Shown here: positions 39,847 through 50,049 of the stretch, in pieces
How the letters are laid out: every line of letters starts with the position of its first letter
Position numbering within the stretch: position 1 is the stretch's first letter
NCBI GenBank assembly: GCA_965217775.1
Contig: CBDCJH010000002.1
Span: 1,632,001 to 1,696,000 of the forward strand
Origin: Acidobacteriota bacterium
Lineage (GTDB): Bacteria > Acidobacteriota > UBA6911 > RPQK01 > JAJDTT01
Reading direction: 5' to 3'
DNA: 64,000 nt
Program-made: the position numbers and the translations under genes
Notes under the pieces: generated by a model
Seen by the model: the letters and a program-made list of their open reading frames with translations, nothing else
Databases searched by the model: none
What the model was told of the DNA's origin: nothing

Positions 39847-41342
39847 GCTTCGGAAACCGGACGGATCCGTTTCCAGCGGGACGCCACCAACATGGATCCC
39901 AACAACAGCACCGCCAGGATCACGAATCCCCGGATCTGATCGTAATCCCATATGGCCTTGAGTCCCATGGCCGTGAAGGCCACTCCGGCCGCCAGGTTGG
40001 CGGCCATCAGGAACCCGGGCATCCTCAGTTCCTTCGGCAGGAACTTCCAATCCGACCAGATGTTGGCCAGGCAGTAGAAACCGCAGAGCAGGACTCCGGT
40101 GTAGATACCGGCTGGCGTCACGATGTCCAGAAGGTCGACTTCGGGAAAGAGCCGCGTCAACCAGAGGATGGCCAGGCCGCCCAGCAGGATCCAGAGAATG
40201 GTGGCCCATCGCAGTTTCGAATTCTCCAGCTCCGAACGCGTCTTCCCCAGGGTCAGTCCGAACTCGTAGAGGAGCCGATAAGTCACCTCCGGGCCGCCGT
40301 AGAGGATGCCGAAGAAGGCGAAAAAGACCCCGATCTTGTAGAGAGGCAGCAGCACGGGGCTCAACGTGGTGAGGAAGGTGGCCTGGTAGTTGAGCAGGTT
40401 GACTCCGTCCGGGACCAGGTAATGGGGCTGCAGGAGGACCGTGCCCAGAATCGAGAAACAGGCGGCGACCAGCACGATCATGGCGAAGCTGACCACCGTG
40501 TCGATGACCGCCGCCCGAACCCAGAGACGCGCCGGATGATCGGGGCGTGCAGCGACGCGCGCCAGCCGGGCGGGTGTCGCCGTCCCACAGTCGCTGTGAC
40601 CCCATTTCTTCTCCCGCAGGAAGGAGACATAGGCCAGGTAGTCGTAACTCTGGCCTCCGAGGGCAGCGGCATAGACCATGATCTCCAACCACGGGGAGCG
40701 GGCCGCCATCTCCGGCAGCTCCCGGGCCAGCCACTCGGGATAGGTCAGGGCGACAGGCACCAGGAAACCTTGCAGCACCTGCCACCAGTCGGGCCGAACG
40801 TGGAAGACGGCCACCAGGATGCAGCTCACCGTCACACCCAGAATCACCATCTGGGCCTTCTCCAGGAACTGGTACCGGCCGACGGCCAGGAGCAGAAGGG
40901 CAACCGCTACCCAGAGACTCGCCCAGGCGTGGAGGCTTCCTACGCCGAAGATCCAGGTGCAGATGGTTCCCAATACGCCTTCCAGGAAGCACAGCCAGAG
41001 TGGAGAGCAGACCACCGCCACCGCGACCATGAACAGGTTCATCCAGCCGGGAGGACCGGGGAAGGAACTCCAGCGCCGGCAAGGGTGCCCTCCGGTCAGG
41101 ATCATGTGGCGCATGCTGGTGTAGACCAGGACCCACTTGAGCAGGGCGATGAGCAGCAGGACCCAGAGAATCCGGTAGCCGAAGACGGAACCGGTCCGGG
41201 AAGGGAAGAAGATTTCTCCGCTGCCGATGTTGACCGACGCGATGATGGCGCCGGGACCGAAGAAGGCCAGCCAGCGGAGGGGACTCCGGGAAAGCAACGA
41301 AGGCGGAGGCGGGGGAAACCCCGTGTTGGATTCTTCGGACAT
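39840..41342 (-). CDS. Nramp-superfamily-related transporter (lacks the DPGN metal motif)
   Basis: GPGAIIASVNIGSGE, GYRILW; about 11 TM segments. Confidence 0.8.
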   Translation of the reverse strand: MSEESNTGFPPPPPSLLSRSPLRWLAFFGPGAIIASVNIGSGEIFFPSRTGSVFGYRILWVLLLIALLKWVLVYTSMRHMILTGGHPCRRWSSFPGPPGWMNLFMVAVAVVCSPLWLCFLEGVLGTICTWIFGVGSLHAWASLWVAVALLLLAVGRYQFLEKAQMVILGVTVSCILVAVFHVRPDWWQVLQGFLVPVALTYPEWLARELPEMAARSPWLEIMVYAAALGGQSYDYLAYVSFLREKKWGHSDCGTATPARLARVAARPDHPARLWVRAAVIDTVVSFAMIVLVAACFSILGTVLLQPHYLVPDGVNLLNYQATFLTTLSPVLLPLYKIGVFFAFFGILYGGPEVTYRLLYEFGLTLGKTRSELENSKLRWATILWILLGGLAILWLTRLFPEVDLLDIVTPAGIYTGVLLCGFYCLANIWSDWKFLPKELRMPGFLMAANLAAGVAFTAMGLKAIWDYDQIRGFVILAVLLLGSMLVASRWKRIRPVSEAQ

Positions 41343-41413
41343 GGGCGTCAGTATAAGGCGGCGTGCGACTCGTGGTGAAATTTATATTGGCAACTGATGG
41401 GAGTGAAGGAATC

Positions 41414-42988
41414 ATGAGATACCGGGTGGGAGTTCTCGTTCTGTCCATTTTTCTCGTTGCGGCGGCCGCGGAAGCTTCCTCCCACGAACCCCTGAAGATC
41501 GGCTCGCAACGGCAACTCTTCATCGACGACCACGTCGTCGAGTCGATGGATCCGCGGGTCTACCGGCACCTGAACCAGCCTTTGAAATACCGGGACAACC
41601 CGGTGATCCGGATGGATCAGGATTGGGAGCACAAGGGCGGCCTCTCCCACGCGGGCGACTGCGGGCAGATCTTCTACGATCCGGACCGGAAGCTATACCG
41701 ATTCTACGGGTTGATGGTCAATTGGGACTGGTCGGAACGATGGATCTTCTACGCCGAGTCCAAGGACGGCATCCATTGGGTCAAGCCTCGCCTGGGACAG
41801 GTCGAGTATCTCGGATACGACACGAATTTCATCTCCCTGCCTTTCGACAAGGAGGCGACGAGCAACACCGTCTTCCGCGACCCGGCCGCCAAAAGCGAGG
41901 ACGAGCGGTTCAAGATGATCTACATCCGGAAACGGGGAGACAAGGCCGTGATGATGCCCGGCCACTCTCGGGACGGCCTCCACTGGAAGGCCTACCAGGT
42001 GGAACGGCCCGTCGTCAACTTCTGGTCGGACACCAACAACAACCTGCTCTGGGACCCCAAGAAGAAGCGGTACATCCTCTACCTGAGGAGCTTCAACAAG
42101 CTGAGCCGGTGGATGACTCCGGAGCCGGTCTATCCTGCGGATGCGCGGGTCCGGACCGCTTCCTTCGCCACCAGCGTCGACTTTCTTAACTGGGACGCCC
42201 AGCCCACGCTCCGGGACGCCCCGGACCGTTTCATCGCCTTTCACGCTGACGAGAAGGACCGCGTGGGCGATCGAGATTTCTACACTCTGGAAGTGCTCCC
42301 CTATGAGGGCGGGTACGTCGGGTTCACCTCCGTCTACCACACCATGTTGGGGACCGCGCCGGCCGCCATGGATACGGACAATGCCCAATCCCCCTGGATG
42401 GAGCGGATGGACGTGCAACTGCTCTGGAGCCGGGACGCGGAGAGGTTCCAACGCGTCGGAGACCGGCGGGTCTTCATTCCCAACGGTCCGCCGGGCAGTT
42501 GGGATGAGCATATGGTCTATTCGGTCCACAACGGGGTCATCCGGGAAGATCTGGGTGAGGTCTGGATCTACTACCAGGGCTTCCGCGGTCACCACTGGTT
42601 CTACCATCGACAGGAGCCTCAACTGGGACAGATCGGACTGGCGATTCTCAGGCTCGACGGGTTCGTGAGCGTCACCGGGAAGGGAGCCTTGACTACCCGT
42701 CCCCTGTTGCTCGAGGGAAACCGGCTCAAGATCAACGCCACCGGGGTGGACAAGTTCGTGGGTCCCGGATACGGGACCGTGCGAGTCGAGGTTTTGGACG
42801 CCGCTACAGGCGAGGCGGTGGCCGGGTTGGGAAGAGAGGACTCGGATGCCTTCGGCGGGGACGAAATCGGGTACACGGCGAGTTGGAAGGGAAAGCAGGA
42901 TCTGAGCGCCCTGCAGGGGAAAGCCGTTCGGTTGCGGTTCCACCTGGACAAGGCCAAGCTGTTCTCGTTCTGGGTCGATCAGGAATGA
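41414..42988 (+). CDS. Secreted GH32/GH43-like beta-propeller protein (paralog of 33942-35510)
   Basis: QRQLFIDD, YAESKDGIHW, SRDGLHW, VQLLWSRD, LRLDGFVSV, LKINA, KLFSFW. Confidence 0.8.
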   Translation: MRYRVGVLVLSIFLVAAAAEASSHEPLKIGSQRQLFIDDHVVESMDPRVYRHLNQPLKYRDNPVIRMDQDWEHKGGLSHAGDCGQIFYDPDRKLYRFYGLMVNWDWSERWIFYAESKDGIHWVKPRLGQVEYLGYDTNFISLPFDKEATSNTVFRDPAAKSEDERFKMIYIRKRGDKAVMMPGHSRDGLHWKAYQVERPVVNFWSDTNNNLLWDPKKKRYILYLRSFNKLSRWMTPEPVYPADARVRTASFATSVDFLNWDAQPTLRDAPDRFIAFHADEKDRVGDRDFYTLEVLPYEGGYVGFTSVYHTMLGTAPAAMDTDNAQSPWMERMDVQLLWSRDAERFQRVGDRRVFIPNGPPGSWDEHMVYSVHNGVIREDLGEVWIYYQGFRGHHWFYHRQEPQLGQIGLAILRLDGFVSVTGKGALTTRPLLLEGNRLKINATGVDKFVGPGYGTVRVEVLDAATGEAVAGLGREDSDAFGGDEIGYTASWKGKQDLSALQGKAVRLRFHLDKAKLFSFWVDQE

Positions 42989-43006
42989 CCCGATGAGCTG
43001 ATATCT

Positions 43007-44276
43007 CTACCGTGAGACCCGGACCCGCCGCAACAGGATGGCCTTCTGCTGGCGGCCCTGCCTGTCCTGGTGCTTGAAGTGGGAGTAGGCGATGAGGAAT
43101 TCGTCCGGTCCCACCGCCAGCACGCTCGTATACCCGCAGGTGTTCCGGTCGCCTGATGTGCCCATCGGAATCAACGTGGTGGGCTTGGACCACGTTCTGC
43201 CGGTTCCGTCGGCGGAAAACTTCATGTGCACGCCGTGACGGCCGAAAGAGCAGGCCATGATCCCGTTTTCCAGCAGCAGCAGACAGGGGAAAACGCCGAA
43301 TTTATGGAGCGGCCGAACCGGTTCCCAGGTCCGTCCACGGTCCGAGCTGAAGGTGATGACCAGACGGTGGCCCTTCGTGTAGTCCGTGTAGTGGGCCGAT
43401 CCCCGGATGGCACAGACCAACCGTCCGTCTGACGCGACGGCGATCATGGGTTCCGTCATGTAGGAATCTCCGGTCGGGTCGACCGCAATGGTGCCTCTCC
43501 GGGTCCAGGTTCTGCCGTTGTCGCGCGAGACCATGCAGGTGGCCGGCCAGTGGCGGGGGATCGTATCGTCCCCGGCGGTGTACGTCCCCTGATAGTCGCC
43601 GTAGAAAAGCTCGTCCCCCAATCTGGCGGGAGCGTGCTCGATCCGGGTGCGTCCCACCAAGTGGGACTTGGTGTGCTTCCAGATCAGGCGTCCCCGGGTG
43701 TCGTAGATCACCGTCTCCGGCTTCCAGGCGGGAAGGTCGAGAGTCCAGCGATAGGCGGGGAGCTCACGCATGAAGTCCTGGATTTCTTTGGGGGATTCCT
43801 CATACCGGTGCAGCGAAATCCCCTTTTCGTCTCCCAGATACCCGACCGGGGGCGGCAGACTCAGGCCCGTGGCCTTCAGGTTGAAGGCCACCACAGGAGA
43901 TATGGAGAGGAACTCACCCGGAGATATCTCGGCCAAGGCCGGGTGCGGTTTGTAGCCGGCCACGTGATTGTAGACCCGCTTCCAGCTCCTCCCCTCGTCC
44001 GCCGAGACGTACATGGGGCTGGCATGCCCCACGGCTTCGGTGGCGTCGGCGTTGTGTGAAAAACCGAGGCCGATCCGTCCCTGGGGCAGTCGGAACAGGG
44101 CAGGGTACTGATGGTATCCCCACCGCGTCTCGCCGGGCTCGGAGGTGGCGATGACCTGGACCTTCCCCAGTTGCACCCGGACCTCGGGTCCCACGGGGAC
44201 GAGTGGCGTGCCGGAACCCGCCAACGGAGCGGACCATAAGAAAAATAGGTAAATCGCCGCTGTTACGGGAACGAAA
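43007..44276 (-). CDS. BNR/Asp-box sialidase-like protein (start codon unclear; frame is open through tRNA-Arg)
   Basis: SADEGRSW, SRDNGRTW, SSDRGRTW, DGTGRTW, TCGYTS; hydrophobic signal AAIYLFFLWSAPLA. Confidence 0.8.
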
Positions 44277-44350
44277 CGCGCCCGGCAGGGCTCGAACCTG
44301 CGGCCTTTGGTTTCGTAGACCAACGCTCTATCCAACTGAGCTACGGGCGC
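44277..44350 (-). tRNA. tRNA-Arg(ACG)
   Basis: GCGCCCG-TAGCTCAGTTGGATAGAGC-GTTGGTCTACGAAACCAA-AGGCC-GCAGGTTCGAGCCCTGC-CGGGCGC-G; CCA not encoded. Confidence 0.96.
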
Positions 44351-44544
44351 TCCGAATGCCGGGAGTTTAGCAGAATCGAGCTCGGCCCGGAAGAAGCCTC
44401 CATCGTTGCAGTTGCCGTTTTTAGGGGGCAGACTGGTCGCCGGCGCCAACCTCACGATCGACATCGGAGACGGTCCATCCGGAAACCGGGAAGCACTTTG
44501 GCCAAGTAACCGAACGGTCACCAATTGTTCCGCAAAGCACTGGA

Positions 44545-45936
44545 ATGACTGAAATTGGACGGCGCAATTTCCTCAAGGGTTCCTCGACGCTTCTCATCGG
44601 AAGTTCCACTGCCGGTCTGTCTTCAGGGTGGATCGGAGCGGGCGATCGAATCCGGGTGGGACTCATCGGGGCCGGCATCCGAGGCCGCGGCTTGATGTAC
44701 GAGGCCAGCGACGTGCCGGGCGTGGAGGTGTCGGTCATCTCCGATCCCGACCGGCGGAGGATGGAGGGAACGGCAGTCGAACTGGAGAAGAAGACCGGCA
44801 AGCGAGCCCGGACCGAAGTGGACCTGCGCCGGATCCTGGACGACCCGGAGATCGATGCCGTCGTCATCGCCAGTTGCGACCACTGGCACGCCCTGGCCAC
44901 CATCTGGGCCTGCCAGGCGGGAAAACACGTCTACGTGGAAAAGCCGGTCTGTCACAACCTCTTCGAGGGGAGAAAGATGCTGGAGGCGGCCCGCAAGTAC
45001 GGCCGCATCGTCCAGACCGGGACCCAGCGGCGATCCAATGGCTCCTTTCGCAAGGCGGCCCAGCTGATCCGGGAGGGGGCCATCGGCGAGGTCTATTGGG
45101 CCAGCTTCGACCTCCCCAATCCCCGGGATCCGATCGGATTCAAGAAGCCGGAGCCGGTCCCCTCGTGGCTCGAGTGGGATTTGTGGCTGGGACCGGCCAA
45201 AACGCAGCCGTACCACGCCAATCTGGTGCACTACAACTGGCAGTGGTTCTGGGATTTCGGCAACGGCGAGCTGGCGACCAACGGCGTGCACCTGTTGGAC
45301 ATCGCCCGCTGGTGTCTGGGCAAGGGTCTGCCTTCCCGAATACATTCGGTGGGAGGACGCTTCGGTCCACCTGATCAGGGAGAGACTCCCAACGCTCAGA
45401 AAGCCACCTTCCGGTACGAGGATGGGACGCTGCTCACCGGCGAGGTACGCAACCTCTACTCGGCGCAGGGAAGAGTGAGGCCCCGGCGGCCCGGCGGCCC
45501 GGATCCCAGACACAGGTGGCTCGAGGAATTGTCCTGGAACTTCTACGGGAGCAAGGGTTACCTCCATCTGAAACCGCGACAGGGGGGCGGTCGGGACGAG
45601 GCGCCGCGCCAGTTGGCCAAACGCTACGGCTGCGAGTATCAGGTATTTCTGGGCCGCAACCCTGACCCCGAACCGGATCAGGGAATTCTGGAGCACCAGG
45701 ACCACTTCGGCAATTTCGTTGAGGCGATCCGGTCGGGACGCCCGGAGATCCTGACGGCGGGCCTGGAGGATGGAGTGCTTTCGGCCAGCCATTGCATCAT
45801 GGCCAACCTTTCCCTACGACTGGGAAGGGAACTGCGATACGACACCGCGACTCATCGATTCCTGGGGGATGACGAAGCGAATCGCCTGTTGACCCGAACC
45901 TATCGGGTGCCATACGTCGTCCCCGACAAGGTCTGA
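44545..45936 (+). CDS. Gfo/Idh/MocA-family oxidoreductase, Tat signal
   Basis: RRNFLK; VGLIGAGIRG, DHWHA, GKHVYVEKP, WDLWLGPA, GVHLLD. Confidence 0.93.
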   Translation: MTEIGRRNFLKGSSTLLIGSSTAGLSSGWIGAGDRIRVGLIGAGIRGRGLMYEASDVPGVEVSVISDPDRRRMEGTAVELEKKTGKRARTEVDLRRILDDPEIDAVVIASCDHWHALATIWACQAGKHVYVEKPVCHNLFEGRKMLEAARKYGRIVQTGTQRRSNGSFRKAAQLIREGAIGEVYWASFDLPNPRDPIGFKKPEPVPSWLEWDLWLGPAKTQPYHANLVHYNWQWFWDFGNGELATNGVHLLDIARWCLGKGLPSRIHSVGGRFGPPDQGETPNAQKATFRYEDGTLLTGEVRNLYSAQGRVRPRRPGGPDPRHRWLEELSWNFYGSKGYLHLKPRQGGGRDEAPRQLAKRYGCEYQVFLGRNPDPEPDQGILEHQDHFGNFVEAIRSGRPEILTAGLEDGVLSASHCIMANLSLRLGRELRYDTATHRFLGDDEANRLLTRTYRVPYVVPDKV

Positions 45937-45996
45937 GCCGTAAGTTCCGACTCCCTTGGGGGTACCCTGCGCCGCCTCCTAAGCTGCGGCAGCCCT

Positions 45997-46566
45997 CTAT
46001 AGCGACTCACCCAACTTGTTCTTCCGGGCCCGGTCGCGCAATGAGCCCTCCCGGTAGTACTCGTCGGGTGGCGTCCCGATGAACACCCACCAGCAGTCCT
46101 CCTGGGTGTGGTTGTAGACGGACCGGGGCACGTCTGCGGGAAAACGGAAGGCGTCGAAGGCCTTGGCCTCCACCACGGTATCACCGACTCGGATCTGGCT
46201 CCGGCCTTGCATCAGGATATAGGTCTCTTCCGCCTTCTCGTGGGTGTGGTGGCCCACCGACTGGCCCGGCTTCAGGTGACCGATGGAGAAGGCGACGTGC
46301 TCGCATTCCAAGTGGGGATCATAAGCCCGCAAATCCCCGTTTTCGGCCTTGGGCCATGGGTGATCCTGGTCCTTGATGGGACTTCCCGGAGTTCCCGCCG
46401 GTGGGAGCCAGTCCCATCGAACCCGCCGGGATCGCAGTTTGTGCCCCTCGACAGGCCTCACCGCCGGCTCCCCCAACACCGCTTCTTTCAGGATCAGGGC
46501 CAGCGCCGGGACTCCGGCGGCCGAAGTCTTCAAGAAACCCCTCCTTTTCTTCTCAGATCTCCACAT
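45997..46566 (-). CDS. Cupin-domain protein, Tat-like signal
   Basis: RRGFLK; PGQSVGHHTHEKAEETY; FPADVPRSVYN. Confidence 0.85.
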   Translation of the reverse strand: MWRSEKKRRGFLKTSAAGVPALALILKEAVLGEPAVRPVEGHKLRSRRVRWDWLPPAGTPGSPIKDQDHPWPKAENGDLRAYDPHLECEHVAFSIGHLKPGQSVGHHTHEKAEETYILMQGRSQIRVGDTVVEAKAFDAFRFPADVPRSVYNHTQEDCWWVFIGTPPDEYYREGSLRDRARKNKLGESL

Positions 46567-46614
46567 GCGACCTCCTAACATCTCTCGTTCTTCGATTCTC
46601 CCCGTCCAATTTCT

Positions 46615-48123
46615 TCAGAAGTTCCACACGGGGATCGGTTCTCCGGCCGAGACCACCTCCTCCAGGTATGCGCCCGTGTGGGGAGTCGGGTCTTGCATAT
46701 GGGTCAACTCTCCGTACTCCAGGATCCGGAGCGCGATGACGTTGCGCCATCTGCCGTCGGCCAAGCGCAGCGTGACGGCAACGGGGTGATCCACCCGCCA
46801 AGCCGTGCCGCCTGGGGGAGGTCCGAATTCCTTTCTCAGGTTCCGGGCAACCAGGGGCTCGAGCAACCCTGTTCGTTCCTGGTTCAAGGGCCAGAGGCAG
46901 AGGGTGTTTCGGCTGCGTCCTCCCCATAAGGGGCTCCCTCGCGAATCCTTCACCAGTTTGATCCGGTCCAGACCCTCCATGAAGACTTCATAGAGATTGG
47001 AAGCGATGTAGGGTGTCCCGTCGGCCGCACTGTTCAGGACGATAGGAGTCGCCGAGATCAGGCCCCTGACGTGGACGACTTTCTCCCAGGTCTCACCGTT
47101 GTCTTTCGAGCGCCAGACTCGGATGTCGTGAGGGGCCGTTCGGGTCTCGGAGGCCTCGAAAACCCCGGGACTCCCGTTGCCCCGGGCAGAAAAGAGGATG
47201 GACCCGTCCTGGTCGCGCACGGCGCTGGCCTCGAAGCTGCCGTCCTGACCCGTGACGGGAACGTAGGAGACGGGGCGCCATGCACCGTCCGTACGCCTCC
47301 AGCGGGCCAGCCCCGAGCCACCGGTCTCGCCTGGCCGGTTGCCCTTCATGGCAAAGAGAAGATCGTCGCCTTCGGGAATCGCCGTCATCAGGCTCGCGGT
47401 CAGCCGCCAGCCCGGAAGCAGGGATTCCTGCGAAACCCGCTCGGTATTGGCCACGCTGAAGGTCTCGCCGTCGTAGGCCAGTTGATGAAGCTCCAGGTAG
47501 GAGTACATCTGGCTCATGTCTTCGAACACCGAGGTTTTGGGATTCCGGCCGAACATGTTCACCCCGTAGGGCGGGGGCCCTTCGATGGTGGTCCTCCAGG
47601 CGATGGACTGATTGAGGCCGAAGCCTGTGCCGGCATGAGGGTGGGGAGAGCCGTCCGCCCGTTTCGCGCCGAAAGGAACGAAGCCTCCCATGACCGGGTA
47701 CTTCACCATGATGGCTTCCTGATTGGGCGGCTTGGAATTGGGGTTGGGCTCGTTGTGGTTGCGGGTGATGGGGACGGCGCGATCCGGTTTCAGACCGGTG
47801 ATATCGTCGAAGGGGATCAGGTCGGAGCCGTTCTCGAAGTCGGTGCCCTTCGCGCCCGCAACCCGGATGTTGCACAGATACCCGCCGGTGTTCGGACCCA
47901 ACTGGAGAGGCAATCCCAATTGGTAGACCCAGGTCGCACCTTCCGGGGTGTTTTCAGGAAAACGCAGGTCTGGGGAACTCCGCGTCACGTCGATGATCCC
48001 GCTATCGGGAAGAGGCGGCGGCTCCTCTGCCGGCGACGGCTGGGAGCCGCATGCGGCCAGAGACCAGAGGGCAATCAGACCGAGCGCCTTGATCGAATCC
48101 GAAACTTCGTGGCGTTTTCTCAT
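46615..48123 (-). CDS. Hypothetical lipoprotein with an Asp-box (sialidase-like propeller?)
   Basis: Lipobox LAAC; SKDNGETW; RBS AAGGAG. Confidence 0.7.
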   Translation of the reverse strand: MRKRHEVSDSIKALGLIALWSLAACGSQPSPAEEPPPLPDSGIIDVTRSSPDLRFPENTPEGATWVYQLGLPLQLGPNTGGYLCNIRVAGAKGTDFENGSDLIPFDDITGLKPDRAVPITRNHNEPNPNSKPPNQEAIMVKYPVMGGFVPFGAKRADGSPHPHAGTGFGLNQSIAWRTTIEGPPPYGVNMFGRNPKTSVFEDMSQMYSYLELHQLAYDGETFSVANTERVSQESLLPGWRLTASLMTAIPEGDDLLFAMKGNRPGETGGSGLARWRRTDGAWRPVSYVPVTGQDGSFEASAVRDQDGSILFSARGNGSPGVFEASETRTAPHDIRVWRSKDNGETWEKVVHVRGLISATPIVLNSAADGTPYIASNLYEVFMEGLDRIKLVKDSRGSPLWGGRSRNTLCLWPLNQERTGLLEPLVARNLRKEFGPPPGGTAWRVDHPVAVTLRLADGRWRNVIALRILEYGELTHMQDPTPHTGAYLEEVVSAGEPIPVWNF

Positions 48124-48151
48124 GGGGACTCTCCTTCGGGAAGGTGTCAAT

Positions 48152-49840
48152 CTACGTCTTGACGAAAACTTCCAACTCGTCGATGAGGATATCTTTGCCG
48201 GACGACGACGACACTTCCACCAACGTCACTTCCAACTGATTGTCCCCGAATCGGGCGGGCGGTTCATTCAGGTCAAACCAGAAGGTCCGGCAGTCACCCG
48301 GCAATTCGGGGACCGGCGGCAGGCCGGAAGTCTTCGTGGAGGATGGATCCACCACGGCTCGCAGGTCGGTTCGCGATTCATCGGAGCGAGCGCGGATCGC
48401 GCTGTCGTCCACTCGGGCGCCGTTGATTCGGATCTCCATTCGGTCGTGCTCGCCAGCTCCATAGGCCCGAAAAAGGAGCATCGCACCTCGCGACTGGCCG
48501 AGGTGTTCGCAGACCCGGAAACGAAAAGCGCCCGTCGACCCCGGTCTCCTTTCGAGAAGAAGACGATCCGCCTTGACCGCTCCGGTGGAGGCTCGGTCCT
48601 TTCCAAACCCGAGGCTGCCCCCCCATGAAGGCTCGAAGACGTAGTGCCGATCACCCGCCATCACCAACTCCGGATGCCGCACCGCAGCCAGCTCCCGGAG
48701 CAGATGGGGATAGAAGGGGGCCCAGGACTGGGTGACGAAATGATTGTAGAAGCTGATCCCGTCGGCTCCCGCCGCGTACATGTTGGCGGCCGCCGCCCGC
48801 TGCTGATCCAAGGACATGTGGCGATTGCCAAGACGTCTCCGCATGCGCTGGCTGGTCCAGGGAAGCATTCCCGGATAGAGGAGGCAGTTGCCGTCGTGAG
48901 TGAGACGGCGAAACTCCTCGTAACGGACGTTGGGTTCGGTGTGCATGGTGTCGTTGGGGGCGACATAGTCGACCAGTCCTCGGGAAATCCAGGTCTCCAC
49001 ATCCAATCCCAGGGACCGGCATTCGTCCAGGGTCTGGAAGACACGCGCACCCAAGAGCAGCTTCTTCCTCCGCAGCCGCCCCGTTTCTTCCAGCAAGGTC
49101 CGGGTCCGCGCTACCAGATCAGTCATCAAATGCTTCCGCTCGGGCCCTTTCCCTGGAGGGAAATAGCGATGGTCCCGAAAGCAGAGCTCCAAGCCGTCGA
49201 CTGGAAAGCGATCGACCAAGCGCCCCATGACGCCGACGACGTAGTCACGAACCTGGGAATACGTGAAGTCCAACGGAGTGCTGAGCTTGTAGTAGGGTCC
49301 CGGCGGCAGCTCCCGGATCTGCCATTCAGGGTGGTCGAGGAGAAATCGGGCTCCCGCCCCGACGCCCTGCTCGACAGAAATGTGGCCGTGGTTGTCGTTG
49401 ATTCGGATTCCCGCCAGGAACTCCATTCCGCGCTTGTGACTCTGATCCAGTAGAACCTCCAAGGGCTGCACTCCCCGTTCCAGTAGGGGAAGGAACCGAC
49501 GGTGCTGAGGCCGGGCGTCATATTCAAGGCCGTCCACCCGCCAATAGGTGGTCCAGCCCTGCGTGTAGGCCTCTTGGACCAAGACATCAACCCGGGCTGC
49601 CGAAAGTTGATCGACCCAAGCCCGAATCGATTCCTCTGTCGCCGGATCGGGAAGATACCGAGTGGCGATGCTGGACGGGTCGCTCACATATAGGATCCGC
49701 CGAGAACCCCGTGGCGCGTAGTCCTTCCAAGGTGAACCGGCACCGGAAGGTAGGGCCCCCGATCCGGCATAGACTCCTCCCGCAGCCGCACCGGCAGCCG
49801 TGGAGGCGACGAAACTCCGCCTGTTCATTATTCGTGTCAT
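48152..49840 (-). CDS. Tat-exported GHL10-like TIM-barrel protein
   Basis: MNRRSFV; RRILYVSD, HKRGME, RINDNH, VDGLELCF, GADGISFYN. Confidence 0.75.
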   Translation of the reverse strand: MTRIMNRRSFVASTAAGAAAGGVYAGSGALPSGAGSPWKDYAPRGSRRILYVSDPSSIATRYLPDPATEESIRAWVDQLSAARVDVLVQEAYTQGWTTYWRVDGLEYDARPQHRRFLPLLERGVQPLEVLLDQSHKRGMEFLAGIRINDNHGHISVEQGVGAGARFLLDHPEWQIRELPPGPYYKLSTPLDFTYSQVRDYVVGVMGRLVDRFPVDGLELCFRDHRYFPPGKGPERKHLMTDLVARTRTLLEETGRLRRKKLLLGARVFQTLDECRSLGLDVETWISRGLVDYVAPNDTMHTEPNVRYEEFRRLTHDGNCLLYPGMLPWTSQRMRRRLGNRHMSLDQQRAAAANMYAAGADGISFYNHFVTQSWAPFYPHLLRELAAVRHPELVMAGDRHYVFEPSWGGSLGFGKDRASTGAVKADRLLLERRPGSTGAFRFRVCEHLGQSRGAMLLFRAYGAGEHDRMEIRINGARVDDSAIRARSDESRTDLRAVVDPSSTKTSGLPPVPELPGDCRTFWFDLNEPPARFGDNQLEVTLVEVSSSSGKDILIDELEVFVKT

Positions 49841-50049
49841 TTAACTTTCCCCTGTCTCACAGATTTCGCGAAATGAAAGTCCGGGGGGAGGCTGGATGCC
49901 CATTGGCCGAGCCGAGAATACCACAGCACTTCGCACCGCCGTCTCCATTCCACATTAGGTGAGAAAGGGCGATATGCTGTAGTGGCTTCCAGCTTGATTT
50001 GGAGAAATGCTTCAGGACCAGGCTCAGAGGCCGCTGAGAGACAAGGATC

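Noticed and set aside
44277-44350. tRNA-Arg as an integration site for a genomic island
   Set aside because: No adjacent integrase and no duplicated tRNA 3' end were found in the window.
49841-50049. NAD+ (nadA-motif) riboswitch upstream of nadE
   Set aside because: I could not recognise the motif's conserved structure by eye; an Infernal search is needed.
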